Source of the DNA: Nanobdellota archaeon
Lineage (GTDB): Archaea; Nanobdellota; Nanobdellia; Pacearchaeales; GW2011-AR1
Direction of reading: 5' to 3'
Assembly: GCA_022561055.1 (NCBI GenBank)
Contig: JADFRY010000001.1
Coordinates: 57,025 to 121,024 of the forward strand
DNA length: 64,000 nt
The notes beneath the pieces were generated by a model. It made no database searches. It saw only the letters and a list, made by a program, of their open reading frames with translations, and had not been told where the DNA came from. Every line of letters starts with the position of its first letter. Position 1 is the stretch's first letter. Below are positions 37,139 to 46,698 of this stretch, piece after piece. Position numbers and translations under genes: made by a program.

Positions 37139-38392
37139 ATGAAAGGAATTTTTGTTGTTCTTGAAGGTGTTGCAGACGAGCCGTGCCAGAGTTTGGGGCA
37201 TATTACTCCTTTGCAGGCTGCTAAGACTCCAAATTTAGACCATTTAGCTAAGAAAAGTAGGATTGATTATTGTTATCCGGTTAAGGAAGGAGCTGTACCT
37301 GAATCGTCGAGTGCAATTGTTTCTTTGTTAGGGTATGATTCTAATTTTGCTCCGCGAGGGCCTTTAGAAGCAAGTGGCGCAGGAATTAAAATTGCTAGAG
37401 GAGATTTAGCTGTTAGGACTAATTTCGGAACGATTGACGGTTTGAGTAATAAGAATTTGCTTGATAGAAGGGCTGGCAGGACTTTAACAGGAAAGGAGAC
37501 GCAGATTTTAGCTAAAGCAATTAATGAAAAAGTAAAGTTACCTTTTAAATTTGAGTTTTATCCTACCTTACATCATAGAGGGGTTTTGGTTTTCAGGGGA
37601 GGGTTTTCAGATAATATTACTAATATTGACCAGAGTTATGGGCGAGGAGTTGCAAATTTGAATTCGACAGGGAAAGTCATTTTTTCAAAACCGATGGATG
37701 ATGAAGACGATAGTAAACTGGCTGCTGATTTGCTTAACAGATTTGCACGAGAGAGTCATGAGGTTTTGGATAAACATCCTTTAAATTTTAACAGGGCTAA
37801 GAAAGGAATGTATTCAGCTAATTTTATACTTTGTAGAGATGCTGGTAATGAGCCGATTCAATTTAAGAAACTTAGAGGAAGATGGAGAGCTCTTGTTTAT
37901 GCCCCTTTAGAAATAGGAATTGCTCAAGCTGCGAAAATGGACGTGTTTAAATTTTCCTATCCAAAAATGAAAGGAACCGATGTATATTCAAATCTTTATT
38001 CTGGGTTGAGGAAGGCGATTAAACACGCAATTAAAATGATAAAAAAGAGCAAGGACAAGTATGATTATTTTTATGTTCATTTTAAAGAGACTGATGTTCC
38101 TGGGCACGACAATAGGCCCTTGGATAAAGTAAAGATGATTGAATTGATTGATAAAAGATTTTTATCGTATTTGAGAAGATGTGTGGAAAAGAGTGGTTCT
38201 AAGCTAGTTATTACTGCAGACCATATTACTTCTTGTAGATTGAAATCACATTCTTCTGGTCCTGTTCCTGTTTTGTTTTATTCTCCTGAGGATGTTGAAG
38301 AGCAAGAGCAGAGGTTTACCGAGGAGCAAGGAATGAAAGGTAGAAAAATTATGGGCAGGAAGTTGTTAGAGAAGACATTATTTTCTAAGTGA
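37139..38392 (+). CDS. apgM: 2,3-BPG-independent phosphoglycerate mutase (archaeal type)
   Basis: TPLQAAKTPNLD, RGPLEA, DRRAGR, KETDVPGHD, TADH. Confidence 0.88.
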   Translation: MKGIFVVLEGVADEPCQSLGHITPLQAAKTPNLDHLAKKSRIDYCYPVKEGAVPESSSAIVSLLGYDSNFAPRGPLEASGAGIKIARGDLAVRTNFGTIDGLSNKNLLDRRAGRTLTGKETQILAKAINEKVKLPFKFEFYPTLHHRGVLVFRGGFSDNITNIDQSYGRGVANLNSTGKVIFSKPMDDEDDSKLAADLLNRFARESHEVLDKHPLNFNRAKKGMYSANFILCRDAGNEPIQFKKLRGRWRALVYAPLEIGIAQAAKMDVFKFSYPKMKGTDVYSNLYSGLRKAIKHAIKMIKKSKDKYDYFYVHFKETDVPGHDNRPLDKVKMIELIDKRFLSYLRRCVEKSGSKLVITADHITSCRLKSHSSGPVPVLFYSPEDVEEQEQRFTEEQGMKGRKIMGRKLLEKTLFSK

Positions 38393-38497
38393 TTTTGGAG
38401 GAAAAGCATACAACTTTAGAAAGGGATTAGCATATTAGATTGTGCTTCATTCCTTCATCATAATAATAATTATAAACTTATTTTAGAGATTCTAGTT

Positions 38498-39055
38498 ATG
38501 TTGAGTTATAATGACCTATTTGAATATTTGCGGAAAGAGAAGTATAGTGAACAGTTACAGCCAGTTCCTAAGAATATTATTACGCAGTTTTCTGAGTATT
38601 TGAAAGAGAAAAAGAAGCAGTTTTCTTCTAGCGAGAGTGATATTTTTACTGACGATATGTTGAGGGAAAAGAAGCAATTTGAAAATGCTATTGTCATATT
38701 TAAGGAATTGATGTTGAGGCGTAAGAAAAAAATTCTGAATTTAGTTTTTGTTGCTGCTGAGACTGGAATTATGAAGAGGGATTTTACAGATATGCTTTCT
38801 TTTGAGCAGGAATTATTTGAGAAACTTGTGAAATCTGTGGAAGAAGGGGAAAATAAAATGAACGAGCTTTTAAATGGGAAAATGTTGAAGAGTGAGAATA
38901 AATTTATTATTATGAAAGAGAGTGTTGAGAATTTTGTTGGTATGTCTGGGGAAATTATAGGACCGTTTAACAAAGGGGAGTTAGTTAATATTGATTTTAA
39001 AATTGCAGATATTTTAGTTTCTGGTAAAAAAGCGATGTTTGTCGATGAGGAGTGA
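38498..39055 (+). CDS. GINS complex protein (Gins51/Gins15-like)
   Basis: LRKEKYSEQLQ, RRKKKILNL, EQELFE, FVGMSGEIIGPF, ADILV. Confidence 0.75.
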   Translation: MLSYNDLFEYLRKEKYSEQLQPVPKNIITQFSEYLKEKKKQFSSSESDIFTDDMLREKKQFENAIVIFKELMLRRKKKILNLVFVAAETGIMKRDFTDMLSFEQELFEKLVKSVEEGENKMNELLNGKMLKSENKFIIMKESVENFVGMSGEIIGPFNKGELVNIDFKIADILVSGKKAMFVDEE

Positions 39056-39152
39056 AAATAACTATATTTATAAATTAAACTCCTTTGATGATTAATGGTA
39101 AAGTGGTTGGAGAATATTGCTATTGCGATGAGTTATTTGGAGGTAATTGTTG

Positions 39153-40274
39153 ATGAGAGGAAATTTAGTTAAAAAAGGAATTATATCTGTTTTTTTGGTT
39201 GTATTTATAATATACTTTATTCCAGGGGTAATTGCACCTTGTCCTGTAATTGTGGCTCCTCCACAAAAATTTATTGATCTTGATGATAATAATCGCGCAT
39301 TAATAGTTTTTAATGAAAAAGAAAATAAAGAAATTACAGTTATTGAACCAACTTTTCATGGAAATGCTCAAGATTTTGGAATGATAATTCCATTTCCTGA
39401 TAGACCAGAACTATCAGAAGCTGATGAAAATCTTTTTAATGAGCTTGAAGATTTAACAAATCCAATTATTGCTGGAGAGCTTGGCATTACCTCAACTGGT
39501 AGTAGTTTTAAAGATGTGGAGATTATTGAAGTGAAAGATGTTGGAGATTTTACAGCCACGGTTTTGACAGCTGAAAATACACTCGGTTTAATAAAATGGT
39601 TGAATGATAATAACTATGCCTTTCGGACAGGCGATATTGAGAATTTGGAATATTATGTAGATGAAGGAGGGTACTTTTTTGTTGTTTTAAAAGTAAATGT
39701 AGAAAAAGCAAAAGTAGATGAGAATGGAAATATTAATGGAAGACTTAGTCCAATTGAGTTCAGCTATAATTCTGATAAACCAATGTTGCGTATTAGAGTT
39801 ATGAGAAGCGATATGGAAGGTATGGGAGTCACACTTTATACACTTTCTGATTCACCATATTATGTTCCTGGAACAAAAATACTGTTTAGTAGGAAGCTGA
39901 CAGAATTTGATTTTGATGTGGCACCTACTTTAAAAAAATATGCTGTTTCTGGTGATTGGTTACTTAGAAGCGATATTAGATTTGATCCTCCAAATATAGA
40001 AAAAGATTCTTTCTTAAAAAAAGGAAATAATAATTTAATTATTGAGAGTCCTGATAAATTCAAAATTGTTGATCCTCATTTATTAACTAAAGAAAGAGGG
40101 ATATTGATTGCCAATGGTCCTATTTTATATCTTGAGGAAGAGGAAATAGGAGATTATTTCGATTATCTTAAAAGGGAAAAGTATGGGTTAATGGTCTTCT
40201 TGAATGGTCTTCTTTTTGGTATAATAATTGTTTTGATAGTTTTATTTATTAGGGGAAAGGATAGATATAAATGA
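39153..40274 (+). CDS. DUF2330-like exported, membrane-anchored protein
   Basis: Signal peptide, FGMIIPFP, VGDFTATVL, WLNDNNY, FFVVLK; C-terminal TM; GGAGGT upstream. Confidence 0.7.
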   Translation: MRGNLVKKGIISVFLVVFIIYFIPGVIAPCPVIVAPPQKFIDLDDNNRALIVFNEKENKEITVIEPTFHGNAQDFGMIIPFPDRPELSEADENLFNELEDLTNPIIAGELGITSTGSSFKDVEIIEVKDVGDFTATVLTAENTLGLIKWLNDNNYAFRTGDIENLEYYVDEGGYFFVVLKVNVEKAKVDENGNINGRLSPIEFSYNSDKPMLRIRVMRSDMEGMGVTLYTLSDSPYYVPGTKILFSRKLTEFDFDVAPTLKKYAVSGDWLLRSDIRFDPPNIEKDSFLKKGNNNLIIESPDKFKIVDPHLLTKERGILIANGPILYLEEEEIGDYFDYLKREKYGLMVFLNGLLFGIIIVLIVLFIRGKDRYK

Positions 40275-40349
40275 GGACTTATTTAATGCAATAGATGACG
40301 CTCTAAATCTTCTTAGTAGGTCCCTCTAACAAGATTTTCAATCTTGATA

Positions 40350-40449
40350 AGCCTGCAGAGGGAGTTGAACCCCCGACCTACTGCTCTCTTTTGAAGCTGA
40401 ATTTTGCTTTCAGTACAAGGCAGCCGCTCTACCACTGAGCTATGCAGGC
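40350..40449 (-). tRNA. tRNA-Thr(TGT) with 28-nt intron (40386-40413)
   Basis: GCCTGCA/TGCAGGC acceptor; GCTGC-CTTGTA^A-GCAGT. Confidence 0.92.
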
Positions 40450-40494
40450 TTGATGTTATGAGAAAAAACAGGTATAAAAAACTTCTTGCGTGTT

Positions 40495-41136
40495 TTATTT
40501 TTTGTCTTCTTTTTGAGAAGTTTTATCAGAAGACTTTTCTTCTTTTTCTTTGTTGTTTTCTTTATTGGCTTTTTTTAAAGGCTTTTCTATTTTTTCCTTT
40601 ACTTTTATGAATCTAATTTCACATAATGCGAGAGGATATATTTTTTTTATTTTTAATGAGAGTGCTCTTTGCAATTTGTTTGTCATGATTTCAGAGAATA
40701 GTTCTTCGGAGTTTCTTATTCTTATGTAAGTGGTTAAATATTTTCTTGCTGTTTCTCTTATTGTTTTTCTGATTGCGCGCGAGACTTTTTTTCTTGTAAT
40801 CATGAATGGTTTTATTTGGAGTTTGGCATCTTTACATGTTACTTCAAATGAATCTTCAACATAGTCAGTACCACGCCTCATGACTCTTTTTATGTAAGAT
40901 GGCATTAGTTGTAAACTAGTTAAGTCTCCAGTTAGTTTTTCCCCTTTTAGTTTAACTTTTGCTCTTAATTCCAAGCTTTTTCCTCTTAGGCTTTTTGTTA
41001 AATCTAATTTAATTACACAACCTTCTAAATCTTCTGGAGAGTATCCATAGAGATGGATTTTTGTCGCAGTTAATGGTATCTTAACTTCAAAGAATTTTTT
41101 TCTGGCTCCTCTTTTTATTTTCTTTTTTATGACCAT
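40495..41136 (-). CDS. rps3ae: ribosomal protein eS1 (S3Ae)
   Basis: YIKRVMRRGTDYVEDSF, KIYPLALCEIR. Confidence 0.92.
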   Translation of the reverse strand: MVIKKKIKRGARKKFFEVKIPLTATKIHLYGYSPEDLEGCVIKLDLTKSLRGKSLELRAKVKLKGEKLTGDLTSLQLMPSYIKRVMRRGTDYVEDSFEVTCKDAKLQIKPFMITRKKVSRAIRKTIRETARKYLTTYIRIRNSEELFSEIMTNKLQRALSLKIKKIYPLALCEIRFIKVKEKIEKPLKKANKENNKEKEEKSSDKTSQKEDKK

Positions 41137-41137
41137 T

Positions 41138-41530
41138 TTACTTTGCTACTTTTTCTCCGATTTCTATGCGTGAAGTGCGGATTGCTTTTTTAATTCCTTT
41201 TGATTTTTTGCAGACTTTGCACGTGTATAAGATAGTTAGCCTTTTTGTCGATTTTGATTTTCTTTTCCATTTTGATATTGGAGGTCTGCTTCCCCATCTT
41301 CCTTTATTTCCATAACCTGAACGCACCCCTCTGGATTTGGCTCTTTTCATTGAACCCCATGATAATGGGTGTGCTGCAGAACGAGATTTCTGCTTTGCTA
41401 CGCTAATTTTTTGTCGAGTCATTAAGCGACAATACGGACAGTATCTATTTACTTCTGTTGGAAATTTCATGAATTCACTCTGTTCATTTCTGATGTCCTC
41501 ACAATCTTTTAGGATTGCTAAGGGTTTCAT
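41138..41530 (-). CDS. rpl44e: ribosomal protein eL42 (L44e); conserved start at 41470, possible 20-aa N-terminal extension
   Basis: MKFP...RYCPYC...KSTKRL...CKVCKK. Confidence 0.92.
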   Translation of the reverse strand: MKPLAILKDCEDIRNEQSEFMKFPTEVNRYCPYCRLMTRQKISVAKQKSRSAAHPLSWGSMKRAKSRGVRSGYGNKGRWGSRPPISKWKRKSKSTKRLTILYTCKVCKKSKGIKKAIRTSRIEIGEKVAK

Positions 41531-41714
41531 AAATTATGGTGAGAGAATTTGGTTTAAAAAGTTATTGTTGATAGTTAGGTTTAATTTAAAGAATTATGTA
41601 GTAAATTCTTGAGATTATTTTTAGTTTATTATAGATAAATATTAAAAAGGGTGGAAATGTTTATAAAGAAATAAATATTATTTATCTATAATATATTTAT
41701 CATAAAGAGGAAAT

Positions 41715-43736
41715 ATGAATAAACAAGCAAAGAATGCGTTGTTGGGTGTTTTGATATTTGGAGTAACTTTATCTATTTTATTTTTGATGAGTTTTGTTTT
41801 AGCTGATTTTGCTAGTTGGTCAGCTGTTGCAGACGAAGGAAATATTACAACATTTAATGAAGATACACCTACTCTTTTAAACTTCACTGTAAATAATACA
41901 GGCACAGCCCACAATATTACATCGGTTAATATTACTCTTCCCACTAGTAGTTTGTCATTCAGCGATGGTTTTTTAATGAATCTTATTGCAACAGGTAATG
42001 TGCATTTAATAGTTAACACTTCATTTGATGTTTCAACTGCAAGTGCAAATTGGTCAAATAATACTAATGAGGGTTTTGGGGACCTTATTCCAAATTTAAC
42101 AAGTGCGGAATTCCAAATTAATATTTCTGGCACAGCTCCGGGTAAATATAATATTAGCGTTAAGATAACAGATGATGCTGGCGCCCAAACAGAGCGTAAT
42201 TTAACTATTCATGTAAATGACACAACTACACCATATTCAGTTACTTTTATGCCAACAAGTCCTGCTCAAACTGCAAATCTTTCAGTGAGAGAGGTTACAA
42301 TTAATGTTTCAGCGAATGATACGCACAGCGGGATTGGATCATTTAATATATCTTTATATCTTACAAATGAAAGTTCTACTGCTAATGGTGCAGCAAATTC
42401 AAGCATAATACATTCTGGAGGAGCTTTAAATGATACAGGGTATGTAAATTTCTCTGGGTCTCATTTAGTAGATGGGTTTTATATAATTAATATAACGAGT
42501 ATCAATGATAATCCTGATCTTATAAATTTAGGAACCAATAACACAAATTCTACAGGAGTTCAAAGGAATATAACTATAGATGCGACTCCTCCAACTACTG
42601 TTATTTTTAACTCTGACACAGATTCTGGAAATTTCTCAAAAAGAGAAGTTATAATTAATGCTTCTGCTAATGCAACTTACACAGGTATAGATACATTCAA
42701 CATATCCTTATACCTAACTAATGGAAGCAGTGTTGCAAATACAAGCATGGTAGAAGCTAATCATGCTCTTAACGCTTCAGGATATGTGAACTTCTCGGGA
42801 AGCCATTTAGTAGATGGGTTTTATTTGATAAATGTAACAGGAATTAATGATACTGCAAATAATGTTAATGTAACAGGAGTTCAACTAAATATCACAATAG
42901 ATACAGTAGCCCCATCAATTACTTTAGCTAAATCAAGCAGTTCTGATAAAAATAAACTAGTTATAGATATTGCAATAACTGATTCAACTAGCGGGGTTAA
43001 TGGAATAGCCTGTACTGCAACTGGAGGAGGCACAGGAAACATAGCTATTGGAGGGGGTTCTGACACCAGCCAGACAGCTACTCAAGAAGGGTTAAGCTGT
43101 AGTAGTTCTAATGTTTATACGATAAAATGTAAAGACCACGCTGGAAATACAGGAAGCAAAGAAGGAACATTTAGTACGGATAGTTGCAGTGGTGGTGGAA
43201 GTCCTGGCGGTAGCGGACCTGGCCCTGGAGGCTCTGAGTGGATAACTACTTTTATTGAAGATGATGAACCACTTGAGACAAGAGGAAGTATTACTAAAGA
43301 ATTAGCTGAAAGACATAGAGTTAAGATTAATGTGGTTGGAGTAGTACATTATATAGGTATTATAGCCGATGGATTAACTGGAACTAGTGCAACAATACAA
43401 GTTTCATCTAGTCATGAGCAAGAATCAACATTAAATATTGGAGAAACAGCAAAGGTTGATGTAAGTGATCCTATTGATAACGTGTATGACTTAAGTATTA
43501 CATTAAACTCAATTGAGAGTAATAAAGCATCTGTTACTGTTTTACCACTACAAGAATCATATCAAGCAGGAGAGCCATCGATAACACCATCTCCGCCAGA
43601 GGAGGAAGAAGAGATTGTTCCTGGAGAATTAGCTGGAGCAGCTAGAAGCTTGGCTTGGCTATGGATCTTAATCGTAGTTATTGGGATAGTAGTTGTAGTT
43701 TGGGTTGTTGTTAGAAAGAGGCAAAAAGCTGGATAA
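41715..43736 (+). CDS. surface glycoprotein, copy 1
   Basis: Signal peptide, many NxS/T sequons, two ~120-aa internal repeats, Gly-rich linker, C-terminal TM with basic tail. Confidence 0.85.
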   Translation: MNKQAKNALLGVLIFGVTLSILFLMSFVLADFASWSAVADEGNITTFNEDTPTLLNFTVNNTGTAHNITSVNITLPTSSLSFSDGFLMNLIATGNVHLIVNTSFDVSTASANWSNNTNEGFGDLIPNLTSAEFQINISGTAPGKYNISVKITDDAGAQTERNLTIHVNDTTTPYSVTFMPTSPAQTANLSVREVTINVSANDTHSGIGSFNISLYLTNESSTANGAANSSIIHSGGALNDTGYVNFSGSHLVDGFYIINITSINDNPDLINLGTNNTNSTGVQRNITIDATPPTTVIFNSDTDSGNFSKREVIINASANATYTGIDTFNISLYLTNGSSVANTSMVEANHALNASGYVNFSGSHLVDGFYLINVTGINDTANNVNVTGVQLNITIDTVAPSITLAKSSSSDKNKLVIDIAITDSTSGVNGIACTATGGGTGNIAIGGGSDTSQTATQEGLSCSSSNVYTIKCKDHAGNTGSKEGTFSTDSCSGGGSPGGSGPGPGGSEWITTFIEDDEPLETRGSITKELAERHRVKINVVGVVHYIGIIADGLTGTSATIQVSSSHEQESTLNIGETAKVDVSDPIDNVYDLSITLNSIESNKASVTVLPLQESYQAGEPSITPSPPEEEEEIVPGELAGAARSLAWLWILIVVIGIVVVVWVVVRKRQKAG

Positions 43737-43939
43737 GAGTTTTATTAATATATTAAAATACCAATAGATAAATTGGATTTGGAACAACAAGAATCAAAAA
43801 CTTTTTGGAAATATAAAGATTGTATTGCTGCATAATGGAGTAAAGAAAGATTTATAAATAAAAGATTTCTAATTACTATTATAAACATTAGGAATAAAAG
43901 AGGATCAAACGATTGATGATACATACAAAAAAATTAGTG

Positions 43940-45649
43940 ATGAATAAACAAGCAAAGAATGCGTTGTTGGGTGTTTTGATATTTGGAGTAACTTTATCTA
44001 TTTTATTTTTGATGAGTTTTGTTTTAGCTGTTCATCAAGTTTCCTTTGAGGATTGGAGAGCAGATGTAGATATTTCCGCTTTCGGCATAGATGAAGATAC
44101 TTATGTAGTGATTAATGTAACAGTTAATGATACGGACACTGGCTCTTTGGCCAACATAACGCAGGTAAACATCACTTTCCCTGCCGGGTTTATAATCGCT
44201 TCAACTTTTGACCTTAATTCAAATAATACTGATGCCGTAGCTGTAAATACTAAGACAGTTGGAATTAGTTTCACTAATACAACTCTTGGTGGAAGGTTTG
44301 TCTTTAGTTGGGAGAACCTTACTGGAGGAGTAATACAGAATTCAACTAGCTTAACTCACTTTTTGTTTAACGTGACCTCTGCTAAACCTGGCAAGTTTAA
44401 CATTACTGTTAGAACACTGAATTTCTCGACTTTCATAGAGACTAACCTTACTATTGTAATCAATGATACAACTATTCCAGCTAACAAAACATTTGAAAGT
44501 GCTCGTTCGTTTGGTGCAGGCTCTAACAATTCTCTAAATCACATATCTATTAACCTTAGTGTTGGAGATAATGCTTTTGCAGATACTGTGAGGTTCTTCT
44601 TGTGGAACTCTACTAATGATGTTATAAATCAAACTAATATTACTGTTGATGGGAGAGGAAGATTTGCTTGGATTAACATTTCCACAGTATCAGACAACAG
44701 TTCTCAAGGTATTAGTGACGGCACTTATAGAATAAATGCAACTGCAAACGACACTACCGGAAATGACAATGTAACTAGTGTGAACGGCGTTTCTAGAACA
44801 ATAATTATAGATACAGTAGCCCCAGAAATTACTTTAACTAAATCAAGCAGTTCTGATAAGAATAAACTAGTTATAGATATTGCAATAACTGATTCAACTA
44901 GCGGGGTTAATGGAATAGCCTGTACTGCAACTGGAGGAGGCACAGGAAACATAGCTATTGGAGGGGGTTCTGACACCAGCCAGACAGCTACTCAAGAAGG
45001 GTTAAGCTGTAGTAGTTCTAATGTTTATACGATAAAATGTAAAGACCACGCTGGAAATACAGGAAGCAAAGAAGGAACATTTAGTACGGATAGTTGCAGT
45101 GGTGGTGGAAGTCCTGGCGGTAGCGGACCTGGCCCTGGAGGCTCTCAGTGGATAACTACTTTTATTGAAGATGATGAACCACTTGAGACAAGAGGAAGTA
45201 TTACTAAAGAATTAGCTGAAAGACATAGAGTTAAGATTAATGTGGTTGGAGTAGTACATTATGTAGGTATTCTAGCTGATGGATTAACTGGAACTAGTGT
45301 AACAATACAAGTTTCATCTAGTCACGAGCAAGAATCAACATTAAATATTGGAGAAACAGCAAAGGTTGATGTAAGTGATCCTATTGATAACGTATATGAC
45401 TTAAGTGTTACATTAAACTCAATTGAGAGTAATAAAGCATCTATTACTATTTTACCAATACAAGAATCATATACTCTTGAAGAGGAAGAAGCAGCACCAG
45501 AAGAGGTGGAAGAAGGACCTCCTGCCCTTGGTCCTGAAGAATTAGCTGCTGCACCTAGAAGCTTGGCTTGGCTATGGATATTAATCGTAGTTATTGGGAT
45601 AGTAGTTGTAGTTTGGGTTGTTGTTAGAAAGAGGCAAGTAGCTAAATAA
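43940..45649 (+). CDS. surface glycoprotein, copy 2
   Basis: Same signal peptide and C-terminal half as copy 1, unrelated N-terminal mature region; ATG 43940. Confidence 0.85.
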   Translation: MNKQAKNALLGVLIFGVTLSILFLMSFVLAVHQVSFEDWRADVDISAFGIDEDTYVVINVTVNDTDTGSLANITQVNITFPAGFIIASTFDLNSNNTDAVAVNTKTVGISFTNTTLGGRFVFSWENLTGGVIQNSTSLTHFLFNVTSAKPGKFNITVRTLNFSTFIETNLTIVINDTTIPANKTFESARSFGAGSNNSLNHISINLSVGDNAFADTVRFFLWNSTNDVINQTNITVDGRGRFAWINISTVSDNSSQGISDGTYRINATANDTTGNDNVTSVNGVSRTIIIDTVAPEITLTKSSSSDKNKLVIDIAITDSTSGVNGIACTATGGGTGNIAIGGGSDTSQTATQEGLSCSSSNVYTIKCKDHAGNTGSKEGTFSTDSCSGGGSPGGSGPGPGGSQWITTFIEDDEPLETRGSITKELAERHRVKINVVGVVHYVGILADGLTGTSVTIQVSSSHEQESTLNIGETAKVDVSDPIDNVYDLSVTLNSIESNKASITILPIQESYTLEEEEAAPEEVEEGPPALGPEELAAAPRSLAWLWILIVVIGIVVVVWVVVRKRQVAK

Positions 45650-45740
45650 GATATGCGCTAGATAAGTTTGTTATTTGGTTTAAAAAGTTATTGTTAGTAG
45701 TTATGTAAATTATTAAATAGTATGGGATGTTTTTTTCTTT

Positions 45741-46004
45741 ATGAATGAAGTAAGTGATGAAAGGAAAGAGGGTTTTGAGGATGGAAGAAAGTTTAGTGAA
45801 TTATGTAGAAATATTGTTGATTTAGATAGAATGATGGAGGAAGAAGCGCCTGTTTATGGAGAAAGAATTACATTTCTTTTGAGAGATGTTAATGAGTATT
45901 TAAGTCTTGCTCAGAAATATGGGATTGAGGAATCTAGAGAGATGACAAAGATTTTGGTAATAAAGAAAAGGCGCTTTGATTCAAGGGGGAATTCTTCTAA
46001 TTAG
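45741..46004 (+). CDS. hypothetical protein
   Basis: 87-aa ORF with TATA-like box upstream. Confidence 0.55.
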   Translation: MNEVSDERKEGFEDGRKFSELCRNIVDLDRMMEEEAPVYGERITFLLRDVNEYLSLAQKYGIEESREMTKILVIKKRRFDSRGNSSN

Positions 46005-46272
46005 TTTTATTTCCTATCGAGAAATTTAGAATGTTTTTTAGGAAATCTGGGATGAACTGTTGGTTGTTAAGGTATCTGAATCCTATGTAAATTAAGAGTA
46101 TTATTATTGCGAATATAATCAAATTTTTCCATTTTATTCCTCTTTTTCTGTGTCGTTGTTGAAAAGAATAACCGCAGTTAGTGCAATATGTATCAGTAAT
46201 TTCTAATATTGCGCCACAGACAGGACAAAACTTGTTCTTTTTATGGGCTCGCCTCTTTTTGAATCTCACCAT
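45997..46272 (-). CDS. zinc-ribbon membrane protein
   Basis: FCPVCG...YCTNCG followed by one TM. Confidence 0.75.
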   Translation of the reverse strand: MVRFKKRRAHKKNKFCPVCGAILEITDTYCTNCGYSFQQRHRKRGIKWKNLIIFAIIILLIYIGFRYLNNQQFIPDFLKNILNFSIGNKTN

Positions 46273-46347
46273 TATTTTAAGAGGCGAGGGATGTTTAAAA
46301 AGATTGGTAAAACTTATATAATTGACGCGTTGTTATTATGTCAATTA

Positions 46348-46418
46348 GGCCTTGTAGTCTAGTGGTAAAATATTCCCTTGACGTGGGAAAGTCCGCAGTT
46401 CAATTCTGCGCAGGGCCA
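46348..46418 (+). tRNA. tRNA-Val(GAC)
   Basis: GGCCTTG/CAGGGCC acceptor; TTCCC-TTGACGT-GGGAA. Confidence 0.88.
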
Positions 46419-46478
46419 TTTATCATTTAAGTCTAATTCAATCAGTGGTGGGCTATATTTTCTTAATTTTATAGTCTC

Positions 46479-46530
46479 TTAGTTACTAACTAACTTACTT
46501 AGTAATTTAGTAAGAAAGATTTATATATAT
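46479..46530 (+). promoter_or_regulatory. palindromic operator-like sites and TATA box
   Basis: TTAGTTACTAA (46479-89), TTACTTAGTAA (46495-505), TTAGTAA (46507-13), TTTATATAT (46520). Confidence 0.55.
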
Positions 46531-46560
46531 GTACTTGGTTTCTCTATCCGGAGAGGTCTA

Positions 46561-46698
46561 ATGAAGAAATACTTACTTCTGATAGAGGATGAGAAACTTT
46601 GGGTGAAGTTTAAGTCTATTATAAAAAAAGATATTAATACAGAGCTTATTGAGATGATAAGGAAAAAGACTAAAGATGGGGGTAAGAAGAATGATTAG
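46561..46698 (+). CDS. ribbon-helix-helix-like small regulator (45 aa), not in ORF track
   Basis: MKKYLLLIEDEKLWVKFKSIIKKDINTELIEMIRKKTKDGGKKND*; GAGAGGT upstream; stop overlaps next ATG. Confidence 0.65.
   Translation: MKKYLLLIEDEKLWVKFKSIIKKDINTELIEMIRKKTKDGGKKND

Noticed and set aside
42897-45472. DGR template/variable repeat pair
   Set aside because: Repeats are long and both coding, differences are not adenine-specific, and no reverse transcriptase is in the window.
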